Source: Candidatus Oxydemutator sp. (GTDB lineage Bacteria > Pseudomonadota > Gammaproteobacteria > Poriferisulfidales > Oxydemutatoraceae). From it: a DNA stretch of 64,000 bases. Under the pieces are notes generated by a model, which saw nothing but the letters and a program-made list of their open reading frames with translations, was not told where the DNA came from and did not search any database. How positions within the stretch are numbered: the stretch's first letter is position 1; every line of letters starts with the position of its first letter. Where the stretch lies: contig OZ241883.1 of assembly GCA_965203445.1 (NCBI GenBank), forward strand, positions 1,952,001 to 2,016,000. Reading direction: 5' to 3'. A program made the position numbers and the translations under genes. Of the stretch, positions 21,847-29,577 are shown one piece after another.

Positions 21847-23037
21847 ATGAAAAAACTCTTAATTAATACGCGCTACTTCTTCGCGCCTCTGTTAATCCTG
21901 GTTGCCATGTTCGGCGTAATGCTGGGTGGCATATTCAACTGGGTCGGAGTTGCGTTGCTGGTAGCGGGTATATTCATCGATACCGCGATGAAGTTTCAGA
22001 GTCGGGGTGCCGGAGTTGATGGAGATGGGAATACCCTGGGTATTCCAGCGCTGCAAAACGGCGTCATGTACATCATGCTTCCGGTGTTCGTCCTGCTCCA
22101 GGTCGTCCTGGCTTGGCGCATTTTCCAGTACGTCACGGGAGTTCCGGTGGAAGTAACCGGAATGCTGTGGGGCGTATTGCCGATGACGAACGGCATCACG
22201 GGTCTGGATCTGATCGGCGCCACGTGCTCCATCGGTATCTTTGCCGGCATCGGCATTATCTACGGCCACGAACTGTCCCATACCAAGGGTTTCGGGTTCA
22301 TCATCTCGAGGCTGATGATGGGGCTGTCCGGTTCGGCCCATTTCTGCTACGCCCACGTGTATAACCACCACCTGGAACTGGCGTCGGAAGATGATCCGGC
22401 GACGGCGCCGCGTGGCCGGACGATATACGGGCACCTGCCGCTCAGCTATTTCGGGCAGTCCAAGTTTCTGCTTGAGATGGAACAGGCGCGGCTGAAGAAA
22501 ATGGGGGTTCCGTTCCTGTCGTGGCAAAACCGTTGGATTCGCGGCTTCATGATGAGCCTGCCTTCCCTGGCCCTGTTCTTCTGGGCAGGAGGCTGGGTCG
22601 GCGTAGGCTGTCTGGCCATCGTGTGGATCATTTCCAATTTTGAACTGGAAGCGTTGAACTTCCTGGAGCACTACGGCTTGATCCGCGAGAAGGGACTGCC
22701 GATAGACTATCGCCATTCGTGGGATAACTCCACGGCGTTCACGAGCTGGTTCTTCATCGAGATTGGTCGCCAGGCCGATCACCACGACCGCGGAGAAACT
22801 CACTTCTGGGAGCTGGACGAAGTGGATGCGCCCAACACTGGTTGGGGCTACTTCACTTTGTTTGCCATGGCATTGGTTCCACCGCTGTGGAAGATGTACA
22901 TGAAAAAGCGGCTGGCTGCCTGGGATGAGCATCATGCGAGCGATGGCGAGAAGGAAATCGCCCGTCGCATCAACGAAAAAACCGGTTTCGCCGGCACGGC
23001 GAAACCAGGGGATACGCTCTCCGCGACCGCGGCGTAA
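21847..23037 (+). CDS. Membrane non-heme diiron monooxygenase, AlkB/XylM (fatty-acid-desaturase superfamily)
   Basis: Several TM segments; HELSH, HVYNHH, DPATAPRG, NFLEHYG, QADHH and ALVPPLW motifs; XylM-like C-terminus (WDEHHAS.GE..IARR.N). Confidence 0.9.
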   Translation: MKKLLINTRYFFAPLLILVAMFGVMLGGIFNWVGVALLVAGIFIDTAMKFQSRGAGVDGDGNTLGIPALQNGVMYIMLPVFVLLQVVLAWRIFQYVTGVPVEVTGMLWGVLPMTNGITGLDLIGATCSIGIFAGIGIIYGHELSHTKGFGFIISRLMMGLSGSAHFCYAHVYNHHLELASEDDPATAPRGRTIYGHLPLSYFGQSKFLLEMEQARLKKMGVPFLSWQNRWIRGFMMSLPSLALFFWAGGWVGVGCLAIVWIISNFELEALNFLEHYGLIREKGLPIDYRHSWDNSTAFTSWFFIEIGRQADHHDRGETHFWELDEVDAPNTGWGYFTLFAMALVPPLWKMYMKKRLAAWDEHHASDGEKEIARRINEKTGFAGTAKPGDTLSATAA

Positions 23038-23064
23038 TTCACGTCCGACTGGATGTCATAATTT

Positions 23065-23104
23065 CCCGCCTGCCCCGGAACTCTCGCCGGGGCAGGTGGG
23101 CTTT
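23065..23104 (+). terminator. Strong intercistronic hairpin after the monooxygenase gene
   Basis: CCCGCCTGCCCCGG...CCGGGGCAGGTGGG followed by CTTT. Confidence 0.6.
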
Positions 23105-23165
23105 ATGAGCGATTCGGTCAATACACTAAACAACATTTTCAGGAGTAACCTTTCAGGAGAAAATA

Positions 23166-23825
23166 ATGGCTGTTGGAGATAGCTTGCGTAACCGTGTCCA
23201 ACTGTGGGGCGCGCCCGGATGCGTGAATACGGCGAAATGCCTGTTCACGGCGGGAGAAAAAGGCATGGACGTGACGACGATAATGTTCGATCCCTCTTCC
23301 TCCGAAGTAAAGTCGAGATCGCCGCTTGGTCTCGGTCCTATACTTTGTCATAGGGATTTTGTGGTAGTCGGACACGTGGCCGTCATGTCGTACATGGACG
23401 ACAAGGGATTTGGACCGTCCCTGATGATTAGAAACGGAGTCGTCCGCGCGTTGCAGCATCAGTGGTCGCACTACACCACCGACGCCGTGCAGCCCGCGAT
23501 GGAAGCGGACGATGAAGGCGCGCTGGGAAGCGCTTTCGACCAGCTGAACGACCGGCTGAACGAGCGCGGCGGCAACATACGCGGCGATTTTATCTGCGGG
23601 GACTTTTCGCTCGCCGATATTCACTGGGCCGCGTGCGCGAACATGTTGATCGCCAAAGGCAAGGGTTCGATTGTGGACGGCCGCCCGGCCGTCGCCAAAT
23701 GGTGGGGCTTGGTCAAGGAACATCCGAGCACCAGCAAGGAGAACATCAGGGCATTCGAATGTATGCCGACCCAGGCGGATATTCAATCCAATACCCTGCG
23801 CGACATCAATATTCACAACAACTGA
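23166..23825 (+). CDS. Glutathione S-transferase-fold protein (divergent)
   Basis: SPLGLGPIL, YMDD..GPSLM and FICGDFSLADI (GST C-terminal N-cap motif); AGGAG RBS. Confidence 0.8.
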   Translation: MAVGDSLRNRVQLWGAPGCVNTAKCLFTAGEKGMDVTTIMFDPSSSEVKSRSPLGLGPILCHRDFVVVGHVAVMSYMDDKGFGPSLMIRNGVVRALQHQWSHYTTDAVQPAMEADDEGALGSAFDQLNDRLNERGGNIRGDFICGDFSLADIHWAACANMLIAKGKGSIVDGRPAVAKWWGLVKEHPSTSKENIRAFECMPTQADIQSNTLRDINIHNN

Positions 23826-23851
23826 AACCACCGGATAATAAGGAGACGCGA

Positions 23852-24046
23852 ATGTTCAAGATAGTGGTCGCAATGCTCGTATGGTCCGGAGCGCTGGGTT
23901 ATGGTCTGTGGATGCTGGGCGTCCAGAACCACATGCATGATCCGCTATGGGCGATAGGTACCGGACTGGCTTTGCTGATTGGGCTCATGGTCAACGTCGT
24001 GCTGTTTTCCAAACTGCACGGCAACAAACCATGGGAATGGTTCTAA
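23852..24046 (+). CDS. 64-aa two-TM membrane protein of unknown function
   Basis: AAGGAG RBS; MFKIVVAMLVWSGALGYGLWMLGVQNHMHDPLWAIGTGLALLIGLMVNVVLFSKLHGNKPWEWF. Confidence 0.75.
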   Translation: MFKIVVAMLVWSGALGYGLWMLGVQNHMHDPLWAIGTGLALLIGLMVNVVLFSKLHGNKPWEWF

Positions 24047-24077
24047 AATGATTTTTCAACAACTACGGAGAAGTATA

Positions 24078-25508
24078 ATGAAAAAATCACAAATGACGTC
24101 GTCAGCAGCAAAGGGTCTGGTTCTCACCGTCTCCTTTTTGCTGATGCCGCTGGCCGCGGTGGCGGGGCCGTATGGATACGACTTGCACAACGTGCTGTCA
24201 CCGAAGGCCGCCGGCATGGCGGGCACGACGATCGCGGGACCGGGAGCAGGCCCGGTCGAGGCGGTCTATGGAAACCCCGCCAACCTCGCCGATTTCTTCG
24301 TCTCGAGGACCGGACAGACTGCGGGAACGCAGTTCACGTTCGGGGCGACGTTGTACCATCCGGAGGCTATTGCGAAGCATGGGGATCGGAATGTAGCAGC
24401 CCCTGGAACTAATGCTGCTAATAACCCCTGTATCACGTGTTTGGCTGGAGGCGCAGCGTTTCGTGAAAGATCTCAGGCTGAATCTTATGCGGTGCCGCAG
24501 GTTGGCTTTACCCAGGATCTTTCCGGGCTCGGCATACCTGTTGTCTTAGGCGGCGGTTTGTCGGCGGTTTCCGGCATCGGTGTAGATTGGCGCAGCAATC
24601 CGAACGCATTGGGTGTCGGTGCCGAATTCATTGTACTGGGAATCAACCTGGGAGCGGGTTATGAAGTGTCCCCGGCTATGGATGTGGGTGTTGCGGCGAC
24701 TATCAGTTACGCGATGCTTGAAGCCGGTTTGGCCGGGACCTCTGGGCAAGCGCATGATTATGGGATTCGCGGCACTCTCGGGGCGGATTATCACCTGACC
24801 GACTCGACCGACGTCGGGTTTTACGTTCAGAGCGAATTGCGGCACAACTGGAATGACTTTGTTTTGCTGAGTAATGAACCGCTATTAAATGCTGGTGGTC
24901 AGCCGACAGGTTTCGGTCGTATTCAGGCTGCTCAATATTCTGATCTGGATATTGAGCAACCGGCTAACCTTGCCTTTGGCATTTCACACAAATTCACCGA
25001 TGACCTGCGTATTGCGGCTGATGTAATCTATAAAAAATGGAGCGAGGCCGCCTTCTGGGAAAGGATTTACCATGATCAGACCGCGTTCTCGATTGGTGGT
25101 GAGTATGACATGGGTCCTTGGACGTTTCGGGCCGGCTACGGTTATGCGAATGATCCGAACCGCGACACGCCGAAGGGTGGTGCATTAGAAGGGAATGATT
25201 TCATTTGTACTGGATCACCACCGGCCAATGGCGCATGCCTGCCGTTGGCTGGTCCGCTTGGTACTGCGGTGTGGAGCTGGGTTCAGGCGATGGAAGGTCC
25301 TGTCATTTATGAACATCGTGTCAGCGCCGGCTTTACGTACCATGGTTTCTTGGCGCCGTTCCTGAATCTGGATGTGCACGTCGCACATCAAATGCAGGAA
25401 GACAGAGACTTCAGTGTCCCCGATTTCGGTCCGCTTAATTTTACAGATCACACCGAACTCGACGTCCAGTCCTGGCACGGAGGCTTCGCGCTGACCTGGG
25501 CGTTTTAA
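24078..25508 (+). CDS. FadL/TodX/OmpP1-family outer-membrane hydrophobic-compound channel
   Basis: Signal peptide, AAGMAG...YGNPANL N-terminal hatch motif, amphipathic beta strands, terminal Phe. Confidence 0.82.
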   Translation: MKKSQMTSSAAKGLVLTVSFLLMPLAAVAGPYGYDLHNVLSPKAAGMAGTTIAGPGAGPVEAVYGNPANLADFFVSRTGQTAGTQFTFGATLYHPEAIAKHGDRNVAAPGTNAANNPCITCLAGGAAFRERSQAESYAVPQVGFTQDLSGLGIPVVLGGGLSAVSGIGVDWRSNPNALGVGAEFIVLGINLGAGYEVSPAMDVGVAATISYAMLEAGLAGTSGQAHDYGIRGTLGADYHLTDSTDVGFYVQSELRHNWNDFVLLSNEPLLNAGGQPTGFGRIQAAQYSDLDIEQPANLAFGISHKFTDDLRIAADVIYKKWSEAAFWERIYHDQTAFSIGGEYDMGPWTFRAGYGYANDPNRDTPKGGALEGNDFICTGSPPANGACLPLAGPLGTAVWSWVQAMEGPVIYEHRVSAGFTYHGFLAPFLNLDVHVAHQMQEDRDFSVPDFGPLNFTDHTELDVQSWHGGFALTWAF

Positions 25509-25531
25509 CTACTACTACGGAGGGCAGCACT

Positions 25532-25804
25532 ATGCCTAAATTCATCATAGAGAGGGAAATCCCCAATGCGGGTTCCCTGTCCCAATCGGAGCTGCAAGGC
25601 GTCGCTCAGAAGTCGTGCAGCATCCTGAAGGACATGGGGCCGCAGATCCAATGGGTCGAAAGCCAAGTCACGGACGACAAGGTGTACTGCACGTACATCG
25701 CTCCCGACGAGGAGATGATCAGAAAACATGCAGAAGCCGGCGGCTTCCCAGCAAACAAAATATCAATGGTAAAAAGAACGATTGACCCAACAACGTCGGA
25801 ATAA
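25532..25804 (+). CDS. DUF4242-family small protein
   Basis: MPKFIIEREIP, QWVES.VTDDKVYC.YIAPDEE.IR.HA..GGFPAN.IS. Confidence 0.85.
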   Translation: MPKFIIEREIPNAGSLSQSELQGVAQKSCSILKDMGPQIQWVESQVTDDKVYCTYIAPDEEMIRKHAEAGGFPANKISMVKRTIDPTTSE

Positions 25805-25852
25805 CATACGAGAGATCATCAACATGGTAATACTCATAAGGTAGCGTTCATT

Positions 25853-25890
25853 ATCGGGTTGTCTCTTTTCCAAGAGACAACCCGATTTTT
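25853..25890 (+). terminator. Rho-independent terminator ending the monooxygenase operon
   Basis: ATCGGGTTGTCTCTT-TTCC-AAGAGACAACCCGAT-TTTT. Confidence 0.85.
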
Positions 25891-25931
25891 ATGTACGATT
25901 CATCAAAACCCAACCAGATCGGAGAGCCAGC

Positions 25932-26349
25932 ATGCCAGAACATAAAACCACGAAAGTCCTATTCCTCTTTTTCATAATACTGTCCTTATCCGCCTGTAGC
26001 ATTGGCATTGGTAGCGGGCGGCTCTATACCTCACCAGGAGTATCTTTAGAAGGTGTTAAATCAATTTTTGGTAAACACTATGATGATATAGATGAGATGG
26101 CTGAGCAGGAGCAGATAGAAGATATTGATGCCCTTATCGCAGACATATTTGATGGAGACCCTAACTCTTTTCAAGAAGCGACAGCGGTTCGCTCTGTCTG
26201 TAAATCGGGAGATGCAAAGAAGCAGGCTTTGTCTCGGAGCTCAACAGACGATGAAGATGCAGAGAAGCAGGCTTTGTCTCGAAGCTCAACAGAGACGAGG
26301 ACATGCTATAGGAATGAATTGCAAAATCTTATCCTGGGTAGATCAGAAA
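25932..26349 (+). pseudogene. Lipoprotein of unknown function, 5' half (interrupted by the IS1595 element)
   Basis: Hydrophobic signal with LSAC lipobox; rejoins 28974-29494 in frame when the element and one TSD are removed. Confidence 0.85.
26210..26293 (+). repeat. Tandem duplication in the lipoprotein gene (45-nt period, 39 nt with 2 mismatches)
   Basis: Encodes DAKKQALSRSST / DAEKQALSRSST. Confidence 0.85.
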
Positions 26350-26376
26350 GGGAATTATATACTTAAATCTACAAAA

Positions 26377-26556
26377 TCAGCGTTTAACCAGTTTCCATTT
26401 CTGGTGTAATTCTTCTTCTGTAGGCTTCTTATTTTCGTATTTGGCACGCTTCTTTATCGGTTTGAGTAAAACCCCTTTTATCGCAGATTCAAACTCCTCC
26501 ATAGAGATGGGTTTATAATCATCCGGGTTAAGTCCTTTTGGTTTTTTGTCGGTCAT
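26377..26556 (-). CDS. 59-aa basic hypothetical protein inside the IS1595 element
   Basis: Not in the ORF track. AGGAG RBS; MTDKKPKGLNPDDYKPISMEEFESAIKGVLLKPIKKRAKYENKKPTEEELHQKWKLVKR; stop lies next to the TIR. Confidence 0.65.
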   Translation of the reverse strand: MTDKKPKGLNPDDYKPISMEEFESAIKGVLLKPIKKRAKYENKKPTEEELHQKWKLVKR

Positions 26557-26564
26557 ATGAACTC

Positions 26565-27875
26565 CTATGCCGTCTTTCTGCCAAAGGTTATCTTGCGTTT
26601 CAGCAATTTCTCGCGGGCGGCGATTTTGGCCATCAGGTAATCCATAGGCCTATCACCCTTTATACGATTGCAGTTGCCACATAGCAGTTGGTAATTGCCG
26701 TAGGTATCCTGCCCGCCCTTGTTCTTGGGCACTATATGGTCTATTTCCAGATTCTCGTAGTTGTCCATGCCACAGGCATTGCATATCTTGCCGTATTCCT
26801 TTCCCAATCTCTTCTTTACTTGCTTCTTGTTCTTGGCATCAACTATATCCGTTATCTCTATATCCGTTCTGATCGGCACATCGGTTCTATGGACAAAATC
26901 TTTGAACAATCCGGCTTCATCGGACAATCTATCCACTACCAACTCGGCAGACTTCTTTTCAATATCTATTCCTATCCATCTGCGTTGTAATTGTTGCGCC
27001 GCAACCATTGTTGTTGCACATCCACAAAAAGGGTCCAAAACCACATTGCCTTTGTTGCTGCTTGCCTTAATGATCCGTTCAAGCAGGGCCAACGGTTTCT
27101 GCGTGGGGTAACCCAAACGCTCTTTTGATGTCCTACCAACCGCGTCCATGTTCCAATAGTCCCTACAACCCGTCATTGTGTAATATCCCCGTTCGTCCTT
27201 ATACAATTTTATGTTGGTCTTTGAAAAAAGGATATTCTGATAGGTTCCATGCTCATCACTAAGCGTTTTGTTCTTCTTGGAATGTCTTAATTGCCCTGTC
27301 AGGTATGACCTATCTTGCGGTATGTTGAAATTGTATTTCTTGCTTTTGCTGTAAAACAAAATTACATCGTGCTTCCGGCCGAAGAATCTTTTACTTGCTC
27401 CACCAGTCCGATAACACCAAAGAATTTCATTCAGAAAATTATTCTTGCCGAATACTCTATCGCAGATAATTTTCAAGTAGTGACTTGCTGTTTGATCACA
27501 ATGTAAGTAAAGACTGCCTGTAGGTTTCAACACCCTATGCATCTCCAGTATTCTTTGGGTCATGTAAGTAAGATACGCCATCATCGCCTTGCTATGCAGT
27601 ATTTCTACTGCTTCTATATACTGAACAAGATACGGGTAGTCATTCACCATTCTTTCCAGGTACGCCTCGTCAACGTCCTTCCAACTCCACATGTCCTTGA
27701 AAGAAGCACCGGCCGCCTTGCTGCCTATCGGTGCCGAATAAAACCGCTTGCTATTGAACGGGGGGTCAAGGTAAATCAAATCAACCGATTCACTGTTCAT
27801 CCCGTTCAGCACGTACAGGCAATCCCCAGTGAACAAGATATTCCTTTGTAAATCAAGGGGTTGCCCCCCCCGCAC
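26565..27875 (-). CDS. Beta-class N6A/N4C DNA methyltransferase fused to a C-terminal HNH endonuclease
   Basis: DLIYLDPPF (motif IV) precedes YPTQKP..LL and VLDPFCGCATT (motif I). C-terminus CNACG...EIDHIVPKNKGG.D...N.QLLCGNCN..KG. Confidence 0.9.
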   Translation of the reverse strand: MRGGQPLDLQRNILFTGDCLYVLNGMNSESVDLIYLDPPFNSKRFYSAPIGSKAAGASFKDMWSWKDVDEAYLERMVNDYPYLVQYIEAVEILHSKAMMAYLTYMTQRILEMHRVLKPTGSLYLHCDQTASHYLKIICDRVFGKNNFLNEILWCYRTGGASKRFFGRKHDVILFYSKSKKYNFNIPQDRSYLTGQLRHSKKNKTLSDEHGTYQNILFSKTNIKLYKDERGYYTMTGCRDYWNMDAVGRTSKERLGYPTQKPLALLERIIKASSNKGNVVLDPFCGCATTMVAAQQLQRRWIGIDIEKKSAELVVDRLSDEAGLFKDFVHRTDVPIRTDIEITDIVDAKNKKQVKKRLGKEYGKICNACGMDNYENLEIDHIVPKNKGGQDTYGNYQLLCGNCNRIKGDRPMDYLMAKIAAREKLLKRKITFGRKTA

Positions 27876-27906
27876 TATATGTAGTAGGTGCCACGGGTCT
27901 GGCCGG

Positions 27907-28851
27907 TTATGTGGTTAGTTCTTTGTACGAGATGCGCTTGCCTCCCATGCCCTGCACAAGCGATTCCATCCGATCAATAGTATCCACTTCGCAGTTGCCC
28001 TCGTTCAGGCGGAACGAGAACTCATCCACATAGCGATGCAGATGTTTCTTGCTGACATGGTGGAAGGTGCCGTGCACGCCTCTTTTCAGCAACGCCCACA
28101 CCGACTCGATACTGTTCGTATGAACCATGCCATCTACATACCTATTAGCGGAATGGTTGATGGCTTCATGTGTGTATCCTTGTAGTCCCGTATAGGCGCC
28201 ATGCTCATCAGTGAACACTCTTGAACCTTTCTCAATATTATCGTAGATAACATTCTGTAAAGTATGTTTATCGGTGTTGCCCACCGGCATCGCCTTCACA
28301 CGGCCTTTGCGCTCACGCATACCAAGTACAGGTGTTTTGCCGATAGTTCCCCGTCCGGCCTTCAGTTTCTTGTTCTCATGCTTGTTCCGTTCCATGCCCC
28401 CTATGTAGGCCTCATCCACTTCCACAATATGCGACAACTTGAACTCCCCCTGCTTGCAGGCCTCGCGGATGCGCTGCAACATATACCATGAAGACTTTTG
28501 GGTGATACCCAACTCTTTTGACAACTGCAAAGATGATATGCCCTTGCGTGCCGTCAACACGGCATAGATGGCTATGGCCCATTTGCGAATCCCAATTTTG
28601 GATGCGTGCATAACGGAACCCGTCTTAACAGTGAATGCCTTGCGACAATCCTTATGCCAGTATGTGAACTTTTTGCCCTTGTACGGGTTGATATTATCCA
28701 TGCCCCCGCAATGCGGGCACACCGGCTTGCCCTCCCATCTTGAACGTTCAAGCCAGGCAACAGCCTTGCGCTCGGTGCCGAACATGGAAGACAACTCTAT
28801 TATGCTAATCGTATTTGCTATTCTTTTCATGGCTTTTCTCCTCTCAATCAA
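27907..28851 (-). CDS. IS1595-family DDE transposase (start may be 28830)
   Basis: N-terminal CPHCG zinc ribbon, HTH (ISSLQLSKELGITQKSSWYMLQRIR), VEVDEAYIGG, VFTDEH, HTNSIESVW, YVDEFSFRLN. Confidence 0.95.
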   Translation of the reverse strand: MIERRKAMKRIANTISIIELSSMFGTERKAVAWLERSRWEGKPVCPHCGGMDNINPYKGKKFTYWHKDCRKAFTVKTGSVMHASKIGIRKWAIAIYAVLTARKGISSLQLSKELGITQKSSWYMLQRIREACKQGEFKLSHIVEVDEAYIGGMERNKHENKKLKAGRGTIGKTPVLGMRERKGRVKAMPVGNTDKHTLQNVIYDNIEKGSRVFTDEHGAYTGLQGYTHEAINHSANRYVDGMVHTNSIESVWALLKRGVHGTFHHVSKKHLHRYVDEFSFRLNEGNCEVDTIDRMESLVQGMGGKRISYKELTT

Positions 28852-28973
28852 TCTCTGTTTGTAGATTATTATACTGATATTATAATGTGTGTGTCAACCC
28901 TGCCCCTTTCTTATTGATATACAAAGGAATTATGGAACCTTTGTAGATTTAAGTATATAATTCCCATCAGAAA

Positions 28974-29494
28974 CCCGGTGTGGCAGATTTTTGCAGCATC
29001 TTAGGGGACAAAGTTCAGATCTTCATTATACTTTGGGAATCGCGTCCGTCGTAGCAGGTGCGTTCGCGACAGTTATTGAGCATGCCAAAACCGCCCAGAA
29101 GTTTTCCGGAGTATCTGCTGCTGCAACTGGAATCAGGGCGGAATATGACCAGAGTTATTTCAACCAATTGCTGATAAATACGATCGAAGGAGGTATCAGT
29201 AAAAAACGCAGGGAAATCAGGGATGAAATTGAGAAGAAGGCAAAGGGAGATATTAATACGTATGGCGTTAATCAGGCAGTTAAAGACGCGAGGCGGTATC
29301 ATGCCAGTTGTAATATTATTGCTGGGTTGAAAAAGGCAAGTGCAATTGATCATTCTATTGGCCTGAAGAAGTTTCAGGAGACGACCGAGGAGCTTAGGAA
29401 AGAAAGATTACGTATGCTAAAGGATCTAGAAGACCAAGAAAAAAAACAAGAAGAAGAAATAGAGGAGATCAAAAAACAAATAAACGGAGGGTAA
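28974..29494 (+). pseudogene. Lipoprotein of unknown function, 3' half
   Basis: Continues the frame of the 25932 ORF (..GRSE|TRCGRFLQHL..); reconstructed ORF is 939 nt, 312 aa. Confidence 0.85.
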
Positions 29495-29577
29495 TAAACA
29501 ATCCTAGCGACGCGAATGATAATGAGGATGTAGCATAGTTTCTCGTTGGCTTGTTACAGCGGGTGTTCTGCCGTTTG

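Larger units (their letters stand above)
26350..28965 (-). mobile_element. IS1595-family transposon with passenger genes (2616 bp)
   Basis: Perfect 26-bp TIRs GGGAATTATATACTTAAATCTACAAA (26350-26375, 28940-28965); 8-bp TSD ATCAGAAA (26342-26349, 28966-28973). Confidence 0.95.

Noticed and set aside
21847-23037. Assigning the gene symbol alkB or xylM
   Set aside because: The motifs are intermediate and the third His box deviates, so the substrate cannot be assigned from sequence
26210-26293. Two 39-bp repeats as a mini-CRISPR
   Set aside because: Only 6 nt separate them and the duplication is in frame within a coding sequence
26565-26800. HNH domain as an IscB/Cas9-like RNA-guided nuclease
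   Set aside because: No RuvC motifs or bridge helix, and no room for a guide RNA; it is a short McrA-like HNH fused to an MTase
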